A stretch of 64,000 bases of DNA from a virus. Lineage: Duplodnaviria; Caudoviricetes. The notes beneath the pieces are model-generated. The model saw nothing but the letters and a program-made list of their open reading frames with translations, did no database searches and was not told the origin of the DNA. The DNA lies in IMG/VR virus record IMGVR_UViG_3300034374_002231, positions 668 to 64,667 of that record, one strand, 5' to 3'. Made by a program: the position numbers and the translations under genes. This document shows, in pieces, positions 47,131-56,058 of the stretch (positions within the stretch are counted from its first letter, which is position 1; every line of letters starts with the position of its first letter).

Positions 47131-47420
47131 AACCGTACCAGAAGAAGTACAAGCCCAAAGAGGGCAAGCGGAACACGCTTTGGACTGAAGAAGACCGCGA
47201 CCTGCTGCGCACACTGGCTGCGCAAGGTGTGCCGCATTGGGACATTGGCAAGCGTCTCGACCGCTCGCCCGGTTCGATCAGCCAGCAGCTGTACCTGATG
47301 CGTAAGCAAGATGAGGCGGAACGCTTCATCGACGCAGTGATGGAGGACTACCACGAGGTGGAGGTCACGCCGAAACCGTCGCTGTGGCGGCGCATCATGA
47401 ACATTATACGACGCGTATAA
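47127..47420 (+). CDS. GcrA-like helix-turn-helix protein
   Basis: WTEEDRDLLRTLAAQGVPHWDIGKRLDRSPGSI resembles the GcrA N-terminal domain. Confidence 0.6.
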   Translation: MKPYQKKYKPKEGKRNTLWTEEDRDLLRTLAAQGVPHWDIGKRLDRSPGSISQQLYLMRKQDEAERFIDAVMEDYHEVEVTPKPSLWRRIMNIIRRV

Positions 47421-47436
47421 CAGACAGGAGAACAAC

Positions 47437-48651
47437 ATGTTTATGGGTAAGTTGACACCCGAGCAACGGGTGCAGAAAGCCGTGATCGACATCATGGCCA
47501 AGGATCGCTACGCCGCACTGGCTGGCATTCTGATGATCGGCGAGAAGCGTGTGGAGTATGACGCTGACAAGTGTCCGACCGCGTACACCGACGGTAAGAA
47601 CGTGGTGTTCGGTGCTGACTTCATGGACGGCATGACCGACGCAGAGTTGCGGTTCCTCGCTATCCACGAGGAGAAGCACAAGATGTATCGCCACCTGACA
47701 ACGTGGGAGTGGATGTGGAAGGAGGACAAGCAGCTTGCCAACCAAGCGTGCGACCACGTCATCAACATTGAGACAGTGGACGAGAACCCTGACGGCTTCG
47801 CCACTATGACAGGCAAGCTGGCCGAGGGTTGCTGTGACTTCAAGTACCGTGGGTGGGATGCTGCACAGGTATTCCATGACCTCAAGCGCAAGCGTGACGA
47901 GCAGGGCGGCAGCAGTGGTGACGGTGATGGTGACTACGACGGCAGCTTCGACCAGCATGGCTGGGAAGAAGCGCAGGACATGACCGCCGAGGAGAAGCGC
48001 GAATTGTCCCGTGCCGTGGACGAGGCCATACGTCAGGGTGTCTTGCTTGCAGGTAAGACCGGGTCCGGTGGCGACCGCAGCTTCGAGGAACTGCTGACAC
48101 CGCAGGTCAACTGGCGTGACGCGCTGCGTGAGTTTGTACAGAACACATGCGCTGGGTCTGACTACTCAACGTGGCGCAAGCCCAACCGTCGGTACGTCGG
48201 GATGAACATCTACATGCCCTCCGGTGTCAGCGAGACAGTGGGCGAGATGGCCGTGCTGATCGACACGTCAGGGTCTACCTACGCACCGGGTGTGCTGCCC
48301 GCCTTCATGTCCGAGGCCAAGGCCATAGCCGAGACTGTCCGACCGGAGCGGGTGCACATCATCTACTGGGACACCTCGGTGTGTCAGGCTGAGGTGTACG
48401 AGCAGGACGAGTTGGACAAGATGATCTCCAGCACGCAGCCCAAGGGCGGTGGAGGCACCGACATTACCTGTGCCATCGACTACATGGCCGAGCATAACAT
48501 CAAGCCGCAAGCATCCATCGTACTGACTGATGGTTATCTGTTCGGTGGCTGGGGATCGTGGTCACACCCTGTGATGTGGTGCGTGATCGACAACAAGAAC
48601 GCCAAGCCCGACACGGGCAAGGTCGTACACATTCGTGCGAGTGACATGTGA
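47437..48651 (+). CDS. Metallopeptidase-VWA protein (DUF2201-like)
   Basis: PTAYTDG, HEEKH, ACDHVIN, WRKPNRR, MIDAS DTSGS, GGGGTD, LTDG. Confidence 0.85.
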   Translation: MFMGKLTPEQRVQKAVIDIMAKDRYAALAGILMIGEKRVEYDADKCPTAYTDGKNVVFGADFMDGMTDAELRFLAIHEEKHKMYRHLTTWEWMWKEDKQLANQACDHVINIETVDENPDGFATMTGKLAEGCCDFKYRGWDAAQVFHDLKRKRDEQGGSSGDGDGDYDGSFDQHGWEEAQDMTAEEKRELSRAVDEAIRQGVLLAGKTGSGGDRSFEELLTPQVNWRDALREFVQNTCAGSDYSTWRKPNRRYVGMNIYMPSGVSETVGEMAVLIDTSGSTYAPGVLPAFMSEAKAIAETVRPERVHIIYWDTSVCQAEVYEQDELDKMISSTQPKGGGGTDITCAIDYMAEHNIKPQASIVLTDGYLFGGWGSWSHPVMWCVIDNKNAKPDTGKVVHIRASDM

Positions 48652-48700
48652 TACCAACCACGCCTCGTTATACGGGGCGTATAACACAAGGAGATGAGCA

Positions 48701-49732
48701 ATGGCTCGTTACTACAAAGCAATCAACAGTTTCGCCGACATTGAAACTGCCTATAACCTAACCCTCCCTCTGCGTGGCGCGAAGAACAAGGACAAAGACA
48801 TCCGTCCCATTGGCGACCGCAAGCGCAAGTGGGAGCGCATCGTCAAGGTAAGCAACAACTGCTACGCCCTGACTAACGGATGGCACCCGGGCGAACCGGA
48901 TTACTGGATGCGTGATAGCGCGGTTGATGGTGAGCCTCCTATCAGCTGGATGGCCAAGTATTCGCCCATCGTCTGGCGTAGGCATAAAGATGGAACCGAG
49001 ACCGTCACCCTGCGTAACGGTACAGGCTCCCGTCAGCACAATAGCGTGTATGATTTCCTGCAGCGCCACGTCCCGAGATATATGTTTTTCCGACAGACGA
49101 ACGTCGGACACCAGTATATCAGCGTGCATGGCACTGACTACTACTTGGCGAAGGGTCGCACCATACCGAAGCAATACGCTGCTCGCGCGTTGAAGTACGA
49201 CTCGGAGCGTGTGTGGTACCAGACCACTGACGACAACGCGTCTCTGACCTTCAAGGTGTTGGACGGCCGCTATGAATTTGTTGGCGAGGCGCTGACGGTA
49301 CCGAAGCCGCCCAAGAAGCGCGTAGATAAGGCCCGCAAGGCAGCCCTCAAGCCGCACATCGACGCGTTCCGTGACTGGGCTATAGCTATCCTGCCCATGA
49401 TGCCTTCTGACTGGAAGTCCGAGAACGAGGTGCTGAACCAAGCCCGCACCGTACCTATCGGTGCCTTCCGTCTTGGGTACTCTGTTGGGTGGGCCTTCAA
49501 TACCTACAACTCAAAACTAGCAGAGCAAATTATACAGCACGACCAGCACGCGCTTCGCGTTTTGTTGGCGCTTGACATGCGTGCGGTGGTTCGTTCTGCG
49601 CTTGAGACTGAGCACGGGAGCGGCACGAACTACACACACCTGCACCTGAATGCCGGGTTCCAGACCGCCTATAACCGCTGGGTCAACAGGGTACTCGGAC
49701 TTATCAACGAAGTACAAGGAGATGCGAAATGA
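48701..49732 (+). CDS. Hypothetical protein
   Basis: 343-aa ORF; box and RBS AAGGAG upstream. Confidence 0.75.
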   Translation: MARYYKAINSFADIETAYNLTLPLRGAKNKDKDIRPIGDRKRKWERIVKVSNNCYALTNGWHPGEPDYWMRDSAVDGEPPISWMAKYSPIVWRRHKDGTETVTLRNGTGSRQHNSVYDFLQRHVPRYMFFRQTNVGHQYISVHGTDYYLAKGRTIPKQYAARALKYDSERVWYQTTDDNASLTFKVLDGRYEFVGEALTVPKPPKKRVDKARKAALKPHIDAFRDWAIAILPMMPSDWKSENEVLNQARTVPIGAFRLGYSVGWAFNTYNSKLAEQIIQHDQHALRVLLALDMRAVVRSALETEHGSGTNYTHLHLNAGFQTAYNRWVNRVLGLINEVQGDAK

Positions 49733-50589
49733 ACGCAGAATGGATGGAAGTAGACGACCTCAAGCCAGTGAGTGATAACACGCACCCAAACCTGTTGGCC
49801 TTTATGCGTGGCGTTCAGGCCAAGATACCCGGCATACAGTTCGGGCAGCGCGGTCCTTCGGCAACCAGTGCAGTGTTTGCGTACCTGCCCGGAGAACACG
49901 TGACTATGGGCCGTATTGGCTACGGCGATTTCAAGGTCCGAGGTAAGGGCACCGCCGAATACATCGTGGAGTCCGACTATATTAATAATTGCAAGTACAG
50001 CAGCTCCAGTAGGCAGCATCACATGGCGATGACTAAGGACCGCGAAAAAGCGGTGACGAACGCACAGAAGTTCTTGCGTCGGATGCCTACTCCTGTAGTT
50101 GCGCTCCGTTTGTTTGCTGGGGCAAACGCGTTTGTGCACGATAGAGCATCCAAACTCCGGGACGCAGCTGCAAAGGCCGAGTCGAAGGTGTTTACGACGT
50201 CGCTCTCTAGATACGGTTCAGGTGCCGTACGCATACGACTGCTGGCTGAAATGCAACGCCTTATAGATACAGATCACATCTTCAGCGATCCATCGTTTGG
50301 TACGGATCTTGCCGCTATGCTTACTGCACGTGCCGAGTATGACGCGCTTAAAGACGGCGTGGAGTTTACATTCGTGGGCGTCAAAGACACGCCGTTCGGT
50401 CAGCAGATAGAAGTAATAGATTTGGATAAGTACGGATGTGACGGAAGTGATGTACGCATCTTCACCGAAGCTGATATGCCTACTGACCTCGCAGGTAAAG
50501 TGGCCGTACTGTCCATGCTTCAGCCTCGCGAATACGTCGATGGTGTAGGCTGCCGTCGTACAGAGCGGGTGTTCTATGTCGTACGGTGA
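49729..50589 (+). CDS. Hypothetical protein
   Basis: 286 aa; C-terminal MPTDLAGKVAVLSML..VDGVG..FYV. Confidence 0.75.
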   Translation: MNAEWMEVDDLKPVSDNTHPNLLAFMRGVQAKIPGIQFGQRGPSATSAVFAYLPGEHVTMGRIGYGDFKVRGKGTAEYIVESDYINNCKYSSSSRQHHMAMTKDREKAVTNAQKFLRRMPTPVVALRLFAGANAFVHDRASKLRDAAAKAESKVFTTSLSRYGSGAVRIRLLAEMQRLIDTDHIFSDPSFGTDLAAMLTARAEYDALKDGVEFTFVGVKDTPFGQQIEVIDLDKYGCDGSDVRIFTEADMPTDLAGKVAVLSMLQPREYVDGVGCRRTERVFYVVR

Positions 50590-50821
50590 GTTGTCATATC
50601 GCGTGGAATATCTGCCTGACAACGAGCATGTCAAAGTACTATGTTTTACGTCGAAACAACTTGCATTGATACCGGATGGTACGTATCGTATAGATACCCT
50701 CCCGCAAATTCTGCGCGACAAATTGGCTGTTCTAGCCATACTGGAGACCCCACCTCCGCCGGTTGATGTGGCGGGAGTGGGCCAGCGCGTAGGAGAGCGA
50801 GCGTTCTGGGTGTACCTCTAA
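50576..50821 (+). CDS. Hypothetical protein resembling the C-terminus of the previous gene product
   Basis: LPQILRDKLAVLAIL..VAGVGQR..FWV. Confidence 0.7.
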   Translation: MSYGELSYRVEYLPDNEHVKVLCFTSKQLALIPDGTYRIDTLPQILRDKLAVLAILETPPPPVDVAGVGQRVGERAFWVYL

Positions 50822-50880
50822 CAACGTACGAGGCGTGTTATACGCCTCGTATAACATCACCAGTTACATGGAGACGACGA

Positions 50881-51231
50881 ATGGGAATGACGCCCGAAGC
50901 AAAGATCAAGAAGGTTGTCGCACAGCAACTCAAGGACATGGGTGCGTACTACTTTTATCCAGTGACAGGGGGGTACGGGGGCAGCGGAGTGCCCGACATT
51001 GTTGGATGCTACAACGGTAGATTTTTTGGCATCGAATGCAAAGCCGGGAACAATAAGCCAACCGCACTGCAACAGAAAAACATCGACTCCATCTTAGCCG
51101 CAGGTGGCCTGTCATGGGTCGCCAATGAGAAAAACATGCGTATGACCGAAGAAATTTTACTCGCAGCAGAAGAAGTCCTACGCGAAGACGAAAGGATCGC
51201 ATCTGAAAATAACCGAACCATGGGGGACTAA
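50881..51231 (+). CDS. VRR-NUC domain nuclease
   Basis: TPEAKIKKVV..GGYGGSGVPDIVGC..FFGIECKAG..PTALQ. Confidence 0.88.
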   Translation: MGMTPEAKIKKVVAQQLKDMGAYYFYPVTGGYGGSGVPDIVGCYNGRFFGIECKAGNNKPTALQQKNIDSILAAGGLSWVANEKNMRMTEEILLAAEEVLREDERIASENNRTMGD

Positions 51232-51325
51232 CCTACGGGAGTTCCTACTCATCATGTTCCAACACGACATCGTGTGGAAACCAAACAAACCCGGCGATAC
51301 GCCACCCTTTTAAAGGACTAAAACA

Positions 51326-51967
51326 ATGGCTGATACAGCATATGAAGCGATAACGATCACTAACGAAATACACACAGGTGCAGCTTTCGGTATTCAACAT
51401 GGCACCGGACGCAGCTGCTATATCCCAGCAACCGTTATGTATTCTAGTGGCTCCCGCCCCGGAGACGTCGTGCAAGCGGTTCTGATAGACAACCCGAGCA
51501 ACGACCCCGACATCCGGAACCGCACGCCGTATTTGGTACGGTTCATCAAGCCCATGGTAACCCCGACACAGCTCGAACTGCCACTGGAACAGCCCTCGCA
51601 GCTGGCGCAAGAGATCGTCGCAAAGCTGGGCGGCGCCGCCCCGACCCCGGCCCCGGCCCCGGCTCCGGTACCTACGATAAAGGAGCGTGCGGCAAAGCAC
51701 GTCGAGGCGACCATGATGGCCGGTGGGGTGTGGAGATTTGCGACTATGTTTGAGGATTTCATGGCGGCCGAGGGTAAACCCGGAGCAGCACGCTCGGATC
51801 ACATGGAGGAGTATTGGGCAGTGGCGCATGTTATGCGTCGTTTGTTTGAGACTGATCGCTGCGCGAAATGGGTTCTTTACAATCGAGCCTCAAACACCAA
51901 AGCCTCAAGAGAGTGGTATAGCTGCCGCCCTGAAACCATCGACGTAGCGGAGTTCGACGATGAGTAA
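51326..51967 (+). CDS. Hypothetical protein
   Basis: 213 aa; RBS AAGGA; PAPAPAP linker. Confidence 0.7.
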   Translation: MADTAYEAITITNEIHTGAAFGIQHGTGRSCYIPATVMYSSGSRPGDVVQAVLIDNPSNDPDIRNRTPYLVRFIKPMVTPTQLELPLEQPSQLAQEIVAKLGGAAPTPAPAPAPVPTIKERAAKHVEATMMAGGVWRFATMFEDFMAAEGKPGAARSDHMEEYWAVAHVMRRLFETDRCAKWVLYNRASNTKASREWYSCRPETIDVAEFDDE

Positions 51968-52448
51968 GCCGTTAACAGTCAACGAACAGCACGTATGGGC
52001 ATACCTCCTGCAACACCGAAACGCCCGGGCCTTTGAAGTGGCCGAGGCTGTTGGCGTGAGTGAGGCGCTCGTTGCGGCCATGATGGACCGCATTTCCTCT
52101 GACAACTGGCGGGAGGAGGTAACCCCTCCCGCTACCAGCGGCGTCAAGTATGACAGTGACAAGCTGCCGATGCACCTCTTGCCACCTGAACTGCTGGAAG
52201 GCACCGCTGCGGTGCTGGCCTTCGGTGCTCGCAAATACACTCCCCGCAACTGGGAACTCGGCATGGAGTGGCACCGACCCTACTCTGCCCTGATGCGTCA
52301 TATGTTGGCGTGGTGGGGTGGAGAGGATCTCGACCCGGAGACTGGGCTGTCACACACATGGCATGCGGCATGCTGCATCGCGTTCTTGATGGCCTACGAA
52401 CAACGCAAGATCGGAACAGACGACCGACCGAGGGAGCACACCGCATGA
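51960..52448 (+). CDS. HTH fused to a dATP/dGTP diphosphohydrolase domain (DUF5664-like)
   Basis: GVKYDSDK..LLP..VLAFGARKY..RNW..ALMRH..GEDLDPETGLSH..HAACC. Confidence 0.85.
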   Translation: MSKPLTVNEQHVWAYLLQHRNARAFEVAEAVGVSEALVAAMMDRISSDNWREEVTPPATSGVKYDSDKLPMHLLPPELLEGTAAVLAFGARKYTPRNWELGMEWHRPYSALMRHMLAWWGGEDLDPETGLSHTWHAACCIAFLMAYEQRKIGTDDRPREHTA

Positions 52449-52825
52449 GGACCATTCACTTTAACCTTATCAGACGCCGCCGCTGGCGCGAATGTGCGGA
52501 GGCTCTGGAGGCCCACGGCAACGCGACCGATGCGGCAACGGCGCTGGGGTGGAAACGACAGCAGGTCTACGACGTGATCCACCGAATGAAGAAAGCCGGG
52601 ATCATTGAGCAGACAGCGCCCTACACATGCAGCTACGCCTCGTCGCAGCAGCGCGCGGGCACTATGCGGGCTGGCCGTATCTTGGAAGCAGCACAGGCAT
52701 ACGACCGAGACTTCCAGCGGTGGTTGGTAGGACAGATACCAGAGGGCGGCACGTTGGCAGAGTTGCTCATGGCCATGGCGTTTGACGCTTACATTGAAGA
52801 AGAAAGCCAGAAGGAGGCAGCGTGA
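52445..52825 (+). CDS. HTH-containing hypothetical protein
   Basis: GNATDAATALGWKRQQVYDVIHRMK; ATGA coupling. Confidence 0.65.
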   Translation: MRTIHFNLIRRRRWRECAEALEAHGNATDAATALGWKRQQVYDVIHRMKKAGIIEQTAPYTCSYASSQQRAGTMRAGRILEAAQAYDRDFQRWLVGQIPEGGTLAELLMAMAFDAYIEEESQKEAA

Positions 52826-53025
52826 TGGGTAAGTATTACACAACACTGTCCGACATGCACAGGGTAGAAGCTAACCACCTGCGGGACAAGCTGCGGATCG
52901 CTATGGCGGCGCTGGATGTAATCATCCGCTTTGGAAACGAAACGTACCCCGACCCCGAGCGGGCTGTTACCGACATGAAGGTGGTAGCGGAGAGAGCGCT
53001 TGAAAGGATCGAAGGCGATGAGTGA
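52822..53025 (+). CDS. Hypothetical protein
   Basis: 67 aa; RBS AAGGAGG; coupled. Confidence 0.65.
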   Translation: MMGKYYTTLSDMHRVEANHLRDKLRIAMAALDVIIRFGNETYPDPERAVTDMKVVAERALERIEGDE

Positions 53026-53272
53026 GGTTGCAAGGATCGGCCCCGCCGATGACGGGGTGCAGCGGTTTTACCGGCTGTATGCGCGGCGCAAGTCTGATTT
53101 CGTGGTTGCCGAGCATGACTTTTGCTGCCGCACACTTGGTGGTGCGGTCGCGGAACATAAAGCCAGAAAGCATGCAGAGTGGTTGATGAACACCAAGCCT
53201 GCGTACGATCAGGTCCGCATCACCCTGCACGTTGTCCATCCAATCATGGAGAAGGGGTTTGAAGATGAGTGA
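53018..53272 (+). CDS. Hypothetical protein
   Basis: MSEVARIGPADDG...; overlaps the upstream stop. Confidence 0.6.
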   Translation: MSEVARIGPADDGVQRFYRLYARRKSDFVVAEHDFCCRTLGGAVAEHKARKHAEWLMNTKPAYDQVRITLHVVHPIMEKGFEDE

Positions 53273-53753
53273 CGATCTGGTGAAGCGGGCAAGGCATAAT
53301 GCTCTGTCTGACATGCCCCATTATGCAAGCGTTGAACTCATTGAAGCGTTAGCCGACCGCATCGAGGAGTTGGAGCGGGAGCGGGTTCTATCAAAGGCGG
53401 CGTATGATGGTGTGTCGTCGCTGCTTTTGAGTGTCCAGCAGGACTGCATCAAGGAACACAACCGCGCCGAAGCCGCAGAGGCCGCGCTGAAAGAGGCGAT
53501 TGAAAAAGAGCTGGATGCAATCAGCACTCTGGACGCTTGGTTCGACCGAAGGGAACTTGGTCACGCCGCCGTGGATCAGGCAGTTGTTGACGCCGCTTCA
53601 GGGTATCTCAGAACATCAAGATGCGGAGGAATGCCTCAAGAGGAAAGTGACCTGATCCTTGGCGTGATGCAGAACATGGCTAGGCTTGGACTGTTTGCCG
53701 ACCTGTTTGCCCGCGCCTACCCCGCCGAACTGAAAGGGGAGGGTCGGGGATGA
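53265..53753 (+). CDS. Modular-array gene 1
   Basis: MSDDLVKR...ADRIEELE...AEAAEAAL...AELKGE. Confidence 0.75.
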   Translation: MSDDLVKRARHNALSDMPHYASVELIEALADRIEELERERVLSKAAYDGVSSLLLSVQQDCIKEHNRAEAAEAALKEAIEKELDAISTLDAWFDRRELGHAAVDQAVVDAASGYLRTSRCGGMPQEESDLILGVMQNMARLGLFADLFARAYPAELKGEGRG

Positions 53754-54124
53754 GTGACGATCTGGTGAAGCGGCTGCGTGAAGATCGACCCGTGACACAG
53801 GATATGGCAAGCACGATGCAATGCGCCCTGCAAGACGCAGCAGCCGACCGCATCGAAGAACTGGAGGATAAGCTGAACTGGGTCATCGTAGAACGAGATG
53901 AGACATTTGCTTTGATGCTGGATCGTGCACAAACAGCGGAAGCCAAGCTGGCAAAGAATGAAGCCCTGATGCAAGCAGGCTTTGCGGAATACGAACACAG
54001 GCTGGCGAAGGCGGTGGAGGCTTTGGAGAAACTGGCACGGCTGGGTAACGGCGACCTTTACGGCAACAGCGATGGCAACATGATTGCCCGCACCACCCTC
54101 GCAGAACTGAAAGGAGATAAGTGA
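53750..54124 (+). CDS. Modular-array gene 2
   Basis: MSDDLVKRLR...AADRIEELEDKL...AEAKLAK...ARTTLAELKGDK. Confidence 0.8.
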   Translation: MSDDLVKRLREDRPVTQDMASTMQCALQDAAADRIEELEDKLNWVIVERDETFALMLDRAQTAEAKLAKNEALMQAGFAEYEHRLAKAVEALEKLARLGNGDLYGNSDGNMIARTTLAELKGDK

Positions 54125-54585
54125 TGACTAAGCCAGACTGGGAAAACTTCGCCAAGGCTGTGCTGACAGACTGGCCAACTGGTGATCTGGACGGCTCTGT
54201 TCTGTTCGACTTGTCGCTGCAATACGGCATGATCCAAGAGGTGCCGGGTGGGTATAACTCTGACCACCATATCGACGCAGACTGTATCTGCCCGGAAGAA
54301 GGCGATCCTTGGTATGAATACACCTTCCGAGGCGAGGCTGGGCCGGGGCTGTATTCCATTTCCAACATGACCAAGCGCATCCAAGAATTGCATGACGAGA
54401 ACGCACGGCTTCGTGATGCCGTTTACATTGATGACTTGACTGTAACCTTGCAGGGGAAAGACAGAGCCGTTGCGATTGCAGGAATGGAGCGGGCTTTAGA
54501 CTTAATCAATGCAGACCTAACGCAAGAAGCAAAAGTGGCTCTGCGCACCACCCTCGCAGAACTGAAAGGAGAGAAGGATGAGTGA
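54121..54585 (+). CDS. Modular-array gene 3
   Basis: Unique acidic N-terminal domain, KRIQEL, ends RTTLAELKGEKDE. Confidence 0.75.
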   Translation: MMTKPDWENFAKAVLTDWPTGDLDGSVLFDLSLQYGMIQEVPGGYNSDHHIDADCICPEEGDPWYEYTFRGEAGPGLYSISNMTKRIQELHDENARLRDAVYIDDLTVTLQGKDRAVAIAGMERALDLINADLTQEAKVALRTTLAELKGEKDE

Positions 54586-54808
54586 CGATCTGGTGAAGGC
54601 AGCGGTGCTGGCACAAAACACAATAGAAGCGATCTATCAATGGGTCGATAAGGTCGAAAAGGCTGGCGGCACAACTTCAATCGAAGGGATTGCCGTTGCC
54701 CATGCAATGTTCAAAAGCCTTCAAAGCAACAGAAGTAGACTTGATAAGCTAATAACACAGCCGCTGGAGAAAGCCCTCGCAGAACTGAAAGGAGAGAAGG
54801 ATGAGTGA
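54578..54808 (+). CDS. Modular-array gene 4
   Basis: MSDDLVK...ALAELKGEKDE. Confidence 0.75.
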   Translation: MSDDLVKAAVLAQNTIEAIYQWVDKVEKAGGTTSIEGIAVAHAMFKSLQSNRSRLDKLITQPLEKALAELKGEKDE

Positions 54809-55157
54809 CGATCTAGAAGTGCTTGGGTCAGACGGTATTAGACGTACATATGATGAGCACTACGACACCATGATGGATGTAGAACAAGACCCAACTGGTG
54901 CTTGGCAGGCCATACATAACCAACACGACCGCATCGAGGAACTTGAGGACAAGCTGGATTGGGTTATCACGGAACGGGACGAGACTTTTGCTTTGATGCT
55001 GGATCGTGTGCAAACAGCAGAGGCCAAGCTGGCGAAGGCGGTGGAGGCTTTAGAGAAGCTGGCACGGCTTGGCAATGGCGACCGTTATGGCAACAGCGAC
55101 GGCAACACGATAGCCCGCACCACCCTCGCAGAACTGAAAGGAGAGAAAGATGAGTGA
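54801..55157 (+). CDS. Modular-array gene 5
   Basis: MSDDLE...DRIEELEDKL...AEAKLAKAVEAL...ARTTLAELKGEKDE. Confidence 0.8.
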   Translation: MSDDLEVLGSDGIRRTYDEHYDTMMDVEQDPTGAWQAIHNQHDRIEELEDKLDWVITERDETFALMLDRVQTAEAKLAKAVEALEKLARLGNGDRYGNSDGNTIARTTLAELKGEKDE

Positions 55158-55539
55158 AGATCTAGTGAAGCGGCTGCGAACATCTTGGGATGCTGACCGC
55201 AGTATAATTTCACAGACTGACAACTGGATGAGGGAACGGCAAGAAGCAGCCGACCGCATCGAGAAATTAGAGGCCGAACTGCACCTGATGAAAACATCAG
55301 GTATCGCAGAGGTGGCCGCGCGAAACCCAAGCGTCATGGAATACATGCGGCATTGGGAAGGAAGAGCAGAAGCAGCAGAGGACAAGCTGGCGAAGGCGGT
55401 GGAGCTGGTCAATACAGCGTTTAATGAAGGCTTTGGCGAGGGAATGAATGACGTGATGCGCCGCCGTGGTGGAAAGTCTTGGTATGAAAGCAGATCTCGC
55501 AAGCGCATCGCAGAACTGAAAGGAGGCCCCGATGCCTGA
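55150..55539 (+). CDS. Modular-array gene 6
   Basis: MSEDLVKRLR...AADRIEKLE...AEDKLAKAVE...IAELKGG. Confidence 0.8.
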   Translation: MSEDLVKRLRTSWDADRSIISQTDNWMRERQEAADRIEKLEAELHLMKTSGIAEVAARNPSVMEYMRHWEGRAEAAEDKLAKAVELVNTAFNEGFGEGMNDVMRRRGGKSWYESRSRKRIAELKGGPDA

Positions 55540-55708
55540 CAATCGCGGGGTCAACGAGGCGCTGCGGCGGGCCGGGTACAAATGCTTGCCCGACTGGTGG
55601 GTGACTGAAGCAGAGTTTGACGTGATTTGGAGGATGGCCCATAATCACGAGGACATCGTGAATGAAATCAGGGCTTTCTATCGGAACAAGGATGACGACG
55701 ATGGATGA
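55532..55708 (+). CDS. 58-aa hypothetical protein
   Basis: RBS AAGGAGG; MPDNRGVNEALRRAGYKCLPDWWVT. Confidence 0.65.
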   Translation: MPDNRGVNEALRRAGYKCLPDWWVTEAEFDVIWRMAHNHEDIVNEIRAFYRNKDDDDG

Positions 55709-55904
55709 AGAAGACCTGACCCCAAACCAGTTGGAGGTTGTTTCGAAGTTGTACCCCCGCGTGCAATACCTTATGGGTAAAGGCCTGACGGAGAAGCAGG
55801 TTGTTGACACGCTGGTGGTCGGTGAGGGGTGGCCTGTCGGTGCCGTTCAGGCGACTATGAGCCGGGTCAAGCGCTCACGCCCCAATCGAAGCAGCGCCAC
55901 TTGA
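55701..55904 (+). CDS. Small hypothetical protein
   Basis: MDEEDLTPNQLEVV...; overlaps the upstream stop; start uncertain. Confidence 0.5.
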   Translation: MDEEDLTPNQLEVVSKLYPRVQYLMGKGLTEKQVVDTLVVGEGWPVGAVQATMSRVKRSRPNRSSAT

Positions 55905-56058
55905 GGACGAACGTGCCGGGTGGCAGGGCTGGTGCAAGAGCGTTGTTGACGTAGTCCTCTGTTGCCATCTGGCACATTTCGATTGTTTCGAATACCGGCG
56001 CTGGGGGCGTATAGCACTCCCCACTCATCGAACATATGAGGATCAACGGACTGAACAT
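55867..56058 (-). CDS. Small Cys-containing, possibly exported protein on the opposite strand
   Basis: MFSPLILICSMSGEC...C...WRCFDW; promoter-like sequence just upstream. Confidence 0.6.
   Translation of the reverse strand: MFSPLILICSMSGECYTPPAPVFETIEMCQMATEDYVNNALAPALPPGTFVLKWRCFDWGVSA

Noticed and set aside
53265-55540. Diversity-generating retroelement or integron
   Set aside because: No reverse transcriptase or integron integrase, no adenine-specific variation, and the repeats are coding direct repeats rather than attC hairpins
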